Of a stretch of DNA of 64,000 nucleotides, positions 10,873 to 22,389 are shown one piece after another. The stretch comes from Diplonema japonicum (taxonomy: Eukaryota; Protista; Euglenozoa: Diplonemea), in NCBI GenBank assembly GCA_964019335.1, contig OZ025746.1:186001-250000 (forward strand). The letters run 5' to 3'. Position numbers and translations under genes: made by a program. The first letter of the stretch is position 1, and every line of letters starts with the position of its first letter. The notes under the pieces were generated by a model that saw only the letters and a program-made list of their open reading frames with translations, did no database searches and was not told the origin of the DNA.

Positions 10873-13233
10873 CTGGAAGGTGTTGGGGAAGTAAGACCAG
10901 GTGTTCCACCCGTGGCTGGGAGCGCTCGAAGAAACGCCGACGGACCCGTCGAGCGACCCCACAAGACGCTCGCTCGTCCCGTAGAGGGTCATGGGCACCA
11001 CGGTGTTGCGGATCCTGGTGTAGTCGTTCTGGAACTGCTGGTTGAGATCTGTGAAGCTGCAGGTTTGCAGGGTGACACCGTTTGCCTTGGTAACGCAAAG
11101 CCCGGACGCCTTGTGCACAATGTGCCACTGCGAGGTGAGCTGGAACCCCATGGCCTCGTCGAAGACACCGTTGGGCTGGCAGTTCTTCATCACAAGCGGT
11201 GTCCCAACGGCAGCGGGGCACTTGGCAGGCGGAGCCCAGTTCGTCCCGGCCTGCGCGATGTTGAGGTTGTCGAACTCAACCTGGAACCATTCGTTGAGCC
11301 CAAACGCAGCAAAACCGTTATCGATGTTTCTGATGTGTGTGTTCAAAACCTGTGCCCCGTTGATCCACGCCTGTGCGGTGTCATTGACGGTTGTCAGCTT
11401 CAAGTTGCACCAGTTGTTCAACCCAATCGCCGACACAGAACCGGACGCAATGGGCTTTGTGGTGAACTGCCCGCTCTGGGGAGGACCGCCGTACGTCAGG
11501 TTCCAGTGTCCATCGACCGCGACGCACAGTGCAATACCGTTCGCCCACATCTGGTTCACCCTGGTGGCCACGCATCCTGTCGCCTGCGGGACAGGCAGCC
11601 TGAAGTCCACCTGAACAGTTACGTCCTGCCACTCCTTCATCCCGATCAGCGTCATGGGACCGTTGGACCCGTGGTCGGACCACCCAATGGGTAGCTGCGG
11701 AACCATCTGCCTCATAATCTTGTTGCTGGTGTTCTTGCTGTCCGGGTGCACCTCGAAAGCCCCGATCTGGTCTGCGCACAAAGGAGCCTCCTGCCCGTTC
11801 ACAACACCGTCGAAGTCGTCGCTGTGCGGGAGCGGGAACGACGGGACAGATGCAGGTGGGGTGTACGCACCCTTTGTCGCGGTCCTCACGGTGGAGAAGG
11901 TGAAGAAGTCACCGAGGGCGATCGGGATGGTGAACTCACCGTTTGCGATTTGCATGTCAGGCTGCTTCTCAAACTCCATCTTAGTTGCCGCTTCAAAGTT
12001 CGACCTCCAAAATGCAAGGGTCGAAACGTTGCCCATATCGGCAGCGAGCTTGAAAGTCGCGGTCTCAGGGTTCACAGTCTCCTTAGGAAGACCAGGACGT
12101 GTGCAAGGCGCATGTTCGTGCGAGATCTTAACAACGATGATGGTGAAGTCGGTGCCTGTGGGGTCGACAAGTGTGGTGTAGAACCCGCCGTTGGTGAGCT
12201 GCCCGGAGCCGCTCCCGTTCTTCAGGTATTTCCAACCGATCTTCGTGAACTGGGTGATGTGCGCGGTGGCCCACACGACTTCCATGTTCTCCCAGAAACC
12301 CGACCAGGGTTGCACAGAGGTGAGCATGGAAGAGGCGTACCAGTTGGTGCCGTGGTAGTAGGCACCGACAAGGTTCCACATGATGGAGGCGGTCATCCCG
12401 GACAGAACATAGTGCGACGCGGTCACCCTGGCCCAGCAGGCCGCACCGTTGTAGTCATCGTACGAAGAGGACTCCTCAGAGGCCCACACGGGCTTGTTCA
12501 AACTGTGGCACACCGAGTAGTCGGAGTAGTCCGAGGGGTAGTGCAGCCCGATGATATCGACAGTCTTCGCGTACGCAGGGTCCTGCTGGAGGGTGGTGCA
12601 GATGTCAGCACCACCATCCTTCGCAACAATCTTGATATCCCCAAACCCGTTCTGAGCGAAGGTGTCCCTGAGGGACTGGGCGTACGAAGCAGAGGAGCTC
12701 CTTTCGTTCCAGATTCCAATGTAATCAATGTCCAGACCATGGGTGTTCTTCGCTCCTTTAATCCATTGCAGGATGTAGTTGGAAGTCTGGTTGGGGTATG
12801 TGAACGGGCTGCCTGAAGGGACCCCCGTAGTGGGGTCGTTACCGACCCAACCAGGGAAGGCCCAGGGGAGGCCGTAAAGCTTGATGTCAGGGTTCCTCGC
12901 CTTGGCCTCCTTCATAAGCCACCATTCGTAGCCCCTGGTGACGTCGAGATCGTCCTTGGAGTGCATGTGGGAGGTCTCCGTACCGTCGGTGGACTGGCTG
13001 TCCCCACCGATCTCCACCTTCAAAATCTGCAGATTCGCACCGAAGTTGGGCTTGAAGAGATAATCGAGGATCTGTGTCCTCATCGGCTCCTTGTAGTCCA
13101 CCAACAGCCTGCTTGTAGCCCCACCTCCTGAGAGACCTCCGATACCGTTGAACGCCTGGTCCTGGTTCGTCTTGTCGACCACGTACGTTGAAGCAGCAAG
13201 GCCCACAAGGCCAAGCATTATAGGAAGCCGCAT
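10752..13233 (-). CDS. GALC: Secreted/lysosomal GH59 galactosylceramidase with a C-terminal ricin-like extension, 2 exons
   Basis: Signal peptide; FNGIGGLSGGGATSRLL, LKVEIGGDSQSTDGTE, RGYEWWLMKEAKARNP, YGLPWAFPGW, GIWNER, GLHYP, WASEE, AHITQFT. Intron 10818-10872 gives the C-terminus LRNQY...CLSVCK*. Confidence 0.93.
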
Positions 13234-13464
13234 TTTTATTATTATTTTTTTTGTGATGTCTAAGGGGGAGGGGGTTGCGCACGCGGGGGGTATTCATTCA
13301 AAAAAAAAAAAAAGGTGTGGGAAACAAGGAGAAAAAAAAAAAGTGGAGAACAAAAAAAAAAGCAAGGGGTGGGGGGGGGGGGGGTTTTAACACAAAAGGG
13401 ATGTATTTTTTTTTCTTTTTGTTTCTGTACAGCTACAAGGTGGGGGGAACAAACAAAATAGTTT

Positions 13465-13498
<34 letters not shown>

Positions 13499-13508
13499 GG
13501 TCGGGTAA

Positions 13509-14601
13509 TCACCAACCAGGCCTCAAGGCGACAGGGTACTCGCCAAGCCAATGCTCAACATTCATTTCTTCGTGCTGCCAGGTAGTCGCCATCTGGTTGA
13601 CGTAGCCCTCCCTCTTATCAGGATCACCTGCGACATTTTTGGCGATACCAGCTGCTTTGTGCACATCTTCGGGTTTAAACCTTTTGTACATTTCGCTAAA
13701 CTGATAGAATAATGCGGCTGTAGGCGGCCCGGCGAGGGTCTTTATTTCCCATCCGCCCTGTTCGCCCTTGGGTACCTTGTATGCTTTTTCCTTAACTATT
13801 TTTGAAAATTCCTGTCCGAGCTTCTTGTCGTTCGCGCACTGCATTAATTTCAACGTCAGCTCCTTCGCCTTCTCGATATTTTGAGGGCTGTGTGTTGCGA
13901 AGAAGGATTCGAGAGTGAATCGGATAGTTAAGTATCTTGACGTCGGGGCAGCCTGCAGGGTGGATTCAGGTATTACGGCATTTTCATCCGCCCCAGAAAG
14001 CTCGAAGATTTCATCCCATATGTCCTCGTATCCCATGTGTAGAGCGCGGTCTGTCAGTTCTTTGGCAGCTGGCACTTTATCAGGAGCGTACTGCTGCAGG
14101 AATTTTGTAATCATGTTGAAATAGTCGCGGCCCAATATCTCTTGCGGGAACCTCAGCGGTGCCTCGAAGAAAAAGTAGCTTTCATAAGGGACCCCGTACT
14201 CCTTGTACAACCCTGCCAGCACCACCAACAAATCCTCGTCCCTGGAAAGGATTTCGTCTATTTGATTTGCGTTGGGAACAGGTTGTTCCCTGATGAAATT
14301 CTGCGTTTTTTTTTTTTTTTTTAAACTCATTTTATTTATATACCCTGAAGAACCTCTCCACCATTTCAAACTTCTGATCAGGCGGTTTCAGCTGCCTTGG
14401 ATAGTATCCTATCCAATTCTCTGTTACAGCGCCCTTTTCTTGCAATTCTTCGCACAGCTCCGTTACGCTTTCGTCAAGGGTCTTCGCACCAGACATGATT
14501 TCTTCGACAATGTCAGTGACCCGCTGCTCATCGTGGGCTTCATGTGCCCCCAAAAGACTGTCTATGGTGAACCTCACTACGCCCTGTGTTTTGGTTGGAG
14601 A

Positions 14602-14650
<49 letters not shown>

Positions 14651-16822
14651 GGGAATCCTTCCGGTCCAGTCTTCTATGGGAACGTTGTTTTTCGTGCAGA
14701 ACTCCTGCAGTTTATCGTCCAAGGTAGCTTGGAGATTGATCACGGCATCTACGTCGCTATCATTGGCCTCCATGTTGTCCGGGTCGTTGATGGTGTAAAG
14801 GGCGTCAAGGATCCTGCTCACGTGGTCAGGGTGGCGTAGGGCAGATGGGAAGTCCCCGGACCACATAGGTTCACCCCCCTCCATATAGTTGGCGCAAAGC
14901 TTACCGATAACGTCCTCGAGAGAGATATCCCCTGACGCAATTTGCCCCCGGAGTTTATCCGCGTTCTGCAGCTTATCCTTGTTGAACCTCTCGTAAAAGC
15001 TTTCGAGCAAATACTTCAGCGCGCCTTGGTACGGGGGTTGGGTCCAGTCTTCAAGAACAGCGTTATGTTCTGTACAGAGCTTCGACCACATTGCCATGTA
15101 GCCTTCCTCTGATGCGGGAATGGTTGGTACTTCACATCCATATGTCATGTGGAAGGCATGAAGGTGGTAGTCTTGCGTAATATCATTAGGTCTCTCGCCA
15201 GAGGGTAATTCTTCTTCTTCAGCAGGTTGTTCCTCTTCGGGTTCCGGTTCGGGTTCTTGTTCTTGTTCCGGTTCCGGTTCCGGTTCCTCGCGTTTCACCG
15301 ATTTCTCGGATTTTTCAGATTTTTTAGACGATGCTGACGACACGCTCTTCTCCTTGGGATCCTCCTCTTCTTCCGGTTCGGGTTTGGCGGAAGCAGCGGA
15401 ACTCGCTTTTCTAGAGGGCATTTCGAGGGAGGTTTTTCTGGCGTTGTCGACTGACTCGCGTAGCCTTTCGATTTCCTTCTGAGCGAACTCCAGTTTGTTG
15501 GCCGCGTCGAGCATCTCAGCCTCCTTCTCGGCCTTCAGCGCGGAAAGCTCTTCGTCAGCCTTTATCCGGTTCTGCTGATTCATTTTGATGGACCCATTGG
15601 CGTCGTCGAGTTTCCTGTTCAGCGACTCCAGTTGGTTCTTCAGCGTGATGTTCTCTTCTTGCAAAGCTGTGACCTGTGCAGGGTCCGCATCACCTCCTCC
15701 ACCGCCGCCGCCGCTGTCTATTTTCTCCTGCATCTCTGCGATCACTGTGGTGTGTTTGTCCTTCACCGTCTCGGCTTCGACCGTCAATTCTTCGATTTTC
15801 CGCAATGCATCTTGCAGTTTTCTTTCCAGATCCGCCATTTCCGCGGTGTTGTTGTTATTGTTGTTCTCGCCAGCAGGGGCGCCCCGGTTCAACGGGGTGG
15901 CGGGCGGTGTGATCGGTTTCTGTAGGGGAGTGGGTGCTTTTACAACCGCCGCGACCGGAGCCTTCTTCGCGACGGAGCGGTTTGCGCGGGACTCCTCCCA
16001 TTCAGCGATGATGATCCCGATCGTCTTCAGCTTCGTGCGTACCTGGTTCAGGGACTGAAGCGAGAGGTCCGCAGCGAGACCTTTGTATAAAACCCCACTG
16101 CGGTAGTCCCCATGGTGCCGGAGGAAGGAAGCACAGGTGTTACGCCATTCATCAGGCATCGTCATGGAATTCACCGTATCAACGATCGACTGTTCATCGA
16201 TAGGGGTTGCCTGCAGCGCAATGTAAAAACTAGCAGCAAGGTCTGAATAGTTCCGTACTCCGGGATCCAACGCAACGAGACCAGCGTCGACACTGAACTC
16301 CGAGAAGGCTCCTGGGGAGAACGTCGTCGATCTTGGAGACGAGGCAGGCGGCGACGGGGAAAACCTCCTCTCGGGGACGAAATCAGAAGCATCCATTGAG
16401 TTAGGAAGTGTGGGCAGTGCGTTGAGAACTCTCTGAGCATGACCTGGACGAACACCGAGCTGGATCAAATCTGGCTTTGAAAGACCATCTAGATCGCCTG
16501 CTTCCTCGTACCCAGCAGCTACTAATCGCCTTCCGTAGCCCTCCCCGCCCAATCGTAAGGAACACAAGAACACATCGATATTTGTTTGAACGTCATGGCG
16601 TGGTGCTGCGGCGGTGGGACGCATGGCGCCGCTGCCGCCTCCTCCTGGTCGTCTGTTATCTGGGGGAGTTGTTATTCCTACCCTTTGTTGGTACCCTCCT
16701 CTGTATCTCCTCCTGTTGCTGCTTCCCCCGTTCAACGGTGTCACGAAGACCGAGTTCAACTGTTCTGTTTCTTCGCTGAAATCAGCTGTGAACTCCTGCA
16801 TGAGTGGGAGTCGGCGGGTCAT
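13509..16822 (-). CDS. Large protein: SAM-like domain, coiled coil, acidic linker and degenerate helical repeats, 3 exons
   Basis: SAM-like IDVFLCSLRL..YGRRLVAAGYE..DL..LSKPDLIQLGVRPGHAQRVL. Introns 14584-14647 and 14301-14343 fuse three track ORFs in frame. Confidence 0.78.
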
Positions 16823-16900
16823 TTCCCCCTTTTTTTTTTTTAAAAAAATTCCTCTCCTCCCCCCTCCTGATTATTTTTTTGTAGCACAATAGGTAGTGGG

Positions 16901-17650
16901 GACATCAGATGGTGGTGCATGTAAAGTTATTCTGTCACTCAAAAGGGGAGGAAAACCCCCTCCTTTTGTAAGATTGGAGTGATTTGTGTGTGTTTTTGGT
17001 GTCATCATGCTCATTTTCCTGAAAACCGACTTTAAAATCTTTTGGTTTGGACAGACGCATCTTTGCGTGCTTAAGGGGAACATCAGATGGTGGTGCATGT
17101 AAAATTATTCTGTCACTCAAAGAGAGAGACTCCCTTTGTAAGACTGGAGTGATTTGTGTGTGTTTTGGTGTCATCATTTTAATGATGTTCAAGCTGGAGC
17201 TCAGCCCCGTTTAGGATGAAAAAAAAAAAAAAAAAAAAGAAATGAGACGAAAGGACATCAGATGGTGGTGCATGTAAAGTTATTCTGTCACTCAAAAGGG
17301 GAGGAAAACCCCCTCCTTTTGTAAGACTGGAGTGATTTGTGTGTGTTTTGGTGTCATCATTTTGATGATGTTCGGGAGGCAAAAAAGGACATCAGATGGT
17401 GGTGCATGTAAAATTATTCTATCACTCAAAGAGAGAGACTCCCTTTGTAAGACTGGAGTGATTTGTGTGTGTTTTGGTGTCATCATTTTGATGATGTTCA
17501 AGATGGAGCTCAGCCCCGTTTTAGGATGAAACGAAACGAAAGGACATCAGATGGTGGTGCATGTAAAGTTATTCTGTCACTCAAAAGGGGAGGGAAAACC
17601 CCTTCCTTTTGTAAGATTGGAGTGATTTGTGTGTGTTTTGGTGTCATCAC
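16901..17650 (-). ncRNA. Tandem array of 5 box C/D snoRNA copies (dual 18S rRNA methylation guide, snR55/SNORD33-like)
   Basis: Copies at about 16901-17008, 17079-17177, 17254-17360, 17388-17486 and 17543-17650. Minus strand reads box C RTGATGA, guide ACAAATCACTCCA, D' CTTA, hairpin, C' TGAGTGA, guide ACATGCACCACCA, box D CTGA; most copies have an ACATCA/TGATGT terminal stem. Guides are complementary to conserved 18S sequences TGGAGTGATTTGT and TGGTGGTGCATG. Confidence 0.88.
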
Positions 17651-18083
17651 TTTTTTTTTTTTTTTTTTTTTTTCTTTTTTGACGGAAAATGCGTGAGTTT
17701 GGAATGCGGAAAACCAATAACAAAGAAACATGGGTGAAGAAGAAAAGATGGAATAAAGGGGGGGGGGGAAGGAAAAAAAAAGAACTTATACTGAGTTAAC
17801 AACTCTATGCGATTCTTCATGTCATATTCAATAGGCAGCATTGGTCTGTGACCAAACTTAGTTGCGTTTACAGCATGAAAACAACGAAAGAGCATAGGTG
17901 AACAAAAAAAAAAAGAGAGAAAGAAAGGGAATTTAAAACTTTGGGGGGTGATTATTTTCACCCTCCCCTTTTGTATTCTCCATCCCCCCCCCTCCTCAAT
18001 ATGCGATGGTTCAGGGGACATGAAACGCGTGCGTTAAAAAAGTAGGAGGAAATGAGAGGGGGAGCGGACAAAAAAAATCACAC

Positions 18084-18120
<37 letters not shown>

Positions 18121-18362
18121 CCCCTGCAGAACTCACCTCAGGGCAACATGAATAGTTATTTATTCACAATATAAAAAAAATAAAATAAAAATAAAAATCA
18201 CGACCATTTTATCATCAGACCAGTTTCTAAACCGGGACTGGACCAGTGCGCTACGTTACTGATGGTGACACAGCGTGGCCTCTGCTCACCGGATTCCCCA
18301 AACCCACAATTCTTTTCCATAATTCCTTCACGGGGGTAGGGGGGGTCATAAGGGGGTCGTTA

Positions 18363-18745
18363 TTTGCCCTTTTTCAGGCTCTTCGCCAAGGGCATTTTGG
18401 GCCCTTAAAAAAACTGTAACCACCCCAAAAGTGCCCACAAATCACCCAAACCCCCGTTTCCCGATGGTTTCCGGCCCCAGAAGTGCCCAGAATCATGTTC
18501 TAATTTTGGGCCCCCCGTTTGGTACTTTCCCTATGTAATCCTAGGGAACATAAAATAGGGGCCCCTAGGATTACATAGGGAAAGTATCAACGGGGGCCCC
18601 AAAATTAGAACATGATTCTGGGCACTTCTGGGGCCGGAAACCATCGGGAAACGGGGGTTTGGGTGATTTGTGGGCACTTTTGGGGTGGTTACAGTTTTTT
18701 TAAGGGCCCAAAATGCCCTTGGCGAAGAGCCTGAAAAAGGGCAAA
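18363..18745. repeat. Long near-perfect inverted repeat (foldback/MITE-like)
   Basis: Arms ~18363-18546 and ~18563-18745 (~184 bp) with a ~16-nt spacer; partial further symmetry (TAGGGGGGTCATA) out to ~18337/18780. Confidence 0.9.
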
Positions 18746-18777
18746 AAGTGGCCCTTTTTAAGGACCATATGACCCCC

Positions 18778-18870
18778 CTAGGGCTATGCTGGCATGGAAA
18801 CGCGTTTCCATAAGAATTTTGAAAAGTATGGAAACGGAAACGGAAACGTTTCCTGCCAGCATAGCCCTAG
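18778..18870. repeat. Small hairpin/MITE-like element with 17-bp terminal inverted repeats
   Basis: CTAGGGCTATGCTGGCA...TGCCAGCATAGCCCTAG with internal GGAAAC/GTTTCC repeats. Confidence 0.75.
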
Positions 18871-18893
18871 GGGGGGGGGGGGGGGGGGGGGAC

Positions 18894-19805
18894 TTACACT
18901 CTACTGACGGCAAAGCGATAACCCGCAGTTTCCAACACACCAGAATTCCCCGTTCTTTTGTTAAGCCAAGTGTTGTAAGCTCTACCCAAATCGTAACTAG
19001 TGTTTGAGTTCAAAAGCACGGTGTCCCCGTTAACCATTTGTACGTAAAAGAAATACACGGGTACGCCCATTGTCACCAATACACCATACGTGTTCTCGTG
19101 CTTCTGTGAAATGTTTTTAATCTGGCTGTACGGATAGCTTTTCTTGGAAGCCATGCAAGCGCAAAAACAGCAGAACACGGGGGTGGTCCATACAGTGAGC
19201 TGCTTTGCGTTGTCATCAAACTGGAACTTTTTGTCGTCGCGGATCAGAGTGTAGACGTTCCCCCGTTTTGTGAAAAACACGTCGACCCTTTCCAGATCGC
19301 TTTCTTCGTTTTCCATCGTGTCTAGGTGCTGGAGGTTGGGCGCGACCTTCTTACGAGCCTCGAGCCATTGCAAACCGTCTTTATTATTAGGATACTTCCT
19401 ACTCAACACTGTGTAGAACGTTGAGGGATCGTCAATGTTTAGAACAGCGGCGGTGTATGCATCGCCCTCACTTTCAACAGTATCGAGAAAGCCTTGCAGG
19501 TGAGCGACAAACCAAGCTAGATCGCCGTCGTCACCCTTTGGGTACACCACCGCCTTCTCCGTGTTCATACTGTATACGCGCCAGTCTTCATATTTTTTCT
19601 CGGGGTCGACGAGCATGCCGTGCGCGACCTTCAGCGTTTTTGTCACCACTTTTTTCATGTCTTTTTCTTCCGCATCCACTAGTCCCGGAGTCCCTTCCAC
19701 TGTAACCTTGTATGTTGTCCTACCTGTTCTTTCTTGAATTGTACACGTTTCCCATTTAATATCGCTTGTGAAGAGCAATGCGTCGGAGCCAATGGAATAC
19801 GACAT
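18894..19805 (-). CDS. Hypothetical protein (303 aa) with a Cys cluster FCCFCAC
   Basis: Clean ORF bounded by homopolymer tracts; no family recognised. Confidence 0.75.
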   Translation of the reverse strand: MSYSIGSDALLFTSDIKWETCTIQERTGRTTYKVTVEGTPGLVDAEEKDMKKVVTKTLKVAHGMLVDPEKKYEDWRVYSMNTEKAVVYPKGDDGDLAWFVAHLQGFLDTVESEGDAYTAAVLNIDDPSTFYTVLSRKYPNNKDGLQWLEARKKVAPNLQHLDTMENEESDLERVDVFFTKRGNVYTLIRDDKKFQFDDNAKQLTVWTTPVFCCFCACMASKKSYPYSQIKNISQKHENTYGVLVTMGVPVYFFYVQMVNGDTVLLNSNTSYDLGRAYNTWLNKRTGNSGVLETAGYRFAVSRV

Positions 19806-19882
19806 TTTGATCAAACAAGAAAAAAAAAAAATCTTTTTTTTTTTTTTTTTTTTTTTTGTAGTGTCGGTGGCAATGTAAAAAG

Positions 19883-19914
<32 letters not shown>

Positions 19915-19916
<2 letters not shown>

Positions 19917-21528
19917 ACTGGGTACATTTTCTATTAGTGAGAACCTCCCCAGGTTGGGGGTTCTCTGTTGACATGGGCATGGTTTTGACGAGGCTCCCGA
20001 TGGGGTCAGAGAGAATGTGGTAGGACAGCTTAGCTAGCTCCTGCATACGAGACAGATACACCCGCGTCTCCGGGGCGAAAACAGAAGTCAGCTTCGGATC
20101 AGTAATGTGAGTCGATTCCTGAATGGTGGCGATGTGGTTGAGGCCGGAGTTACGTATCACAGCGCCGGACAGCTTGTCGCGGTTTTCCGGAAGGTTAACA
20201 CCGTTCCTCCTTGCTCCGCACATCAAAAACGGTGATATCTCGACGACAACGGTGCCCGGCCTCATCAAGACCCCCCACGACATCGCAGCCCCACTCGCGG
20301 CAACAATTACATCCGCCGAGTAACATACCCCCGCTTGTTCAGCTAGGGTCATGGATTCTAACGTAACAACCCGCACGCTGCGTGCTGCCTCAAATGCTTT
20401 TTTAATGACGTCAAGACCCTTTTGTTTAAACGCTCTCCGCACTGTTCTTTCAATGACGACCACATTAACATCTGTCCGTAGCTCGGAGGGTTGGAACGTC
20501 TCTTCTTTTTTGTCAAGAATACCGTCCGGGAGTTCTTGGTCAACCAACCCTGACGGAAAACCCGCCGATGGGGTAAAATATGATTTCAACCGTTTGTGAA
20601 GCCCGGACGTCGGGGCGGAGAGCGCGAACCCTGTTGACACCTCGGCAAAACACATCATTTTGTGCTCGGCAACCTCGTCGGAAAAAACAGGGATTAATTT
20701 CTTTGACAACAATGAGGCGAACTGTGGAACCGCCGCCAACACAGACTGCCCGGCAGTTCTGTACAATTCCTTGTCGGCTGATGTGATCTGCCACACAACA
20801 GCGGTGTACTCAAACCGGTCGATTAAATGCGCCAACGGCGCCAAACGATTAAACAAATGGTTTATGTTGGACATCATATATCCGGATATTGTGTTTATAA
20901 GCAGTGCTGTTGCATTTTTGAACACACACATTTCGTTTCCGTACATAGAGTTGCGATCGTGAAGCCGGATGAGGTACGTGCGGTGCCCCGCGTCTTCTTC
21001 TAGAACAAGTTTCAGCATCCCCACCTCGGTAGGTGGAATACGATTGTCCCAGACTTTTTTAAAGGCCACGTCTTGGCTTGCAGCCCATTGTTTAACATCG
21101 GCTGTTGGGAACGCATCAAGCCCAACCTTGTTTTTCGGGTGCATCGATATGCATGCGTTCCCTATCGCGGTGAAGTCTTTGTAAAGCCGTTTTATGTTCG
21201 AACTGCTCACGATTTGTCTCCCTGCTTCGCATGATAGGTTCAACCTCGGCTCGTAAACAGTCTTTTCGAAATACTGTGAGAATTTCTCGATGTGCGGCTT
21301 CAAGAAATCTGGTTGTGCCGATGGTCGGTTTTCTTCCGGTTGAGGTGCAGTTGTTGGTGGTGGTGGTGTACTACTATACTCCACCAACGATGACGAGAAC
21401 CCGATTTTAAGACTCGTTTTCAAAAAATCCTTCTCGCCCGTGGCCACCATGTGAACCGAGAATCCGAGCCCAAAAGCCAACACAAGAGCTGTGGTAAAAC
21501 AAATGGGTTTCCATGGTATGTATGGCAT
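19915..21528 (-). CDS. Glycosyltransferase family 61 (DUF563)-like type II membrane protein
   Basis: N-terminal TM, Pro-rich stem, VVIER..RR, TLESMTLAEQA...ADVIVAASGAAMSWGVLMRPGTVVVEI. Confidence 0.82.
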
Positions 21529-21606
21529 TCATTCTGGGGGGGGGTATTTTTTTTTTATATTTTAGCACAGTTTGAGAAGAAGAAAAAAACTTTTTTTTTT
21601 CCCATT

Positions 21607-22293
21607 CTAAATGTCGAATTTCCCCGATTTCACCAGTTTCCGGTAGAGGTGTCGCTCGGCTTCGCGTTGCGTTGCTGCCATTTTCCTGCCGTGTCCGTTG
21701 AACTTTCGGAACTCTCGGACTCCTCCCGAGTGGGTTGTGTTGTTCAGAAATTCGTGCGGGTTTGACGAGGAGTTGGCTTTTCCATGAAAGAATTCAGGCA
21801 GGCCCTTTTTCAATGTCTCACCAAACGAGAGGGACTCCGTCACGCAATTTACTTCATATTTTCGGTATTTTTTGAGGTCGGGTCCCGTTGGGCTGTTTCC
21901 ACGGGAGACAAGCGCTTTGAGCCGGTTTTGGTGTGCCAGGAGTTTTCTGGATTCCTTCACGGTGGCTTGGTTCGCACTTCTTTCAAGCATGACCATTCTG
22001 CTTCTCAATACGCGTTCTTCTCGCTTTTCCGCGTTCCTCTCGATTTTGAAATCTTCTTCCGGTGTGAACTGTGTAGTCTTCAGCCTCACCACAGGTGTGC
22101 CGTGTTTATTGGATGCGGTCTCCAGCTGCGTCAGGTCCCATCTGATATAATTCGCCGTTCTGTTCCGCCCCGCGTCCGTCAGCACCTTTTTGTCAAACTG
22201 TTTGTATTCCGCATACGAATTAGAGTTCACTGGGGTGCGCTTCCCTGATGCCCTGCACCACCTTCTTTGAGTTTGTACTGAACGAACAAGCAT
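21607..22293 (-). CDS. Hypothetical basic protein, probably mitochondrial
   Basis: 228-aa ORF with a short Arg-rich N-terminus MLVRSVQTQRRWC. Confidence 0.7.
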   Translation of the reverse strand: MLVRSVQTQRRWCRASGKRTPVNSNSYAEYKQFDKKVLTDAGRNRTANYIRWDLTQLETASNKHGTPVVRLKTTQFTPEEDFKIERNAEKREERVLRSRMVMLERSANQATVKESRKLLAHQNRLKALVSRGNSPTGPDLKKYRKYEVNCVTESLSFGETLKKGLPEFFHGKANSSSNPHEFLNNTTHSGGVREFRKFNGHGRKMAATQREAERHLYRKLVKSGKFDI

Positions 22294-22389
22294 TTCCCCT
22301 CCCCCTTTTTTTTGCGATGCAACAATGAGAAGGAAAAAAAAAAATGAAACAAAATCAGGTACAATAAAATCAAAAAAAAAAATTTTTTT

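Noticed and set aside
16901-17650. CRISPR or TIGR-like array interpretation of the repeats
   Set aside because: Eukaryotic context, no cas/tas-like gene, units ~105 nt, and the guide-position sequences are constant and match 18S rRNA rather than being unique spacers.
17690-17900. Short ORF MLFRCFHAVNATKFGHRPMLPIEYDMKNR
   Set aside because: Too short, no convincing second exon and no motif.
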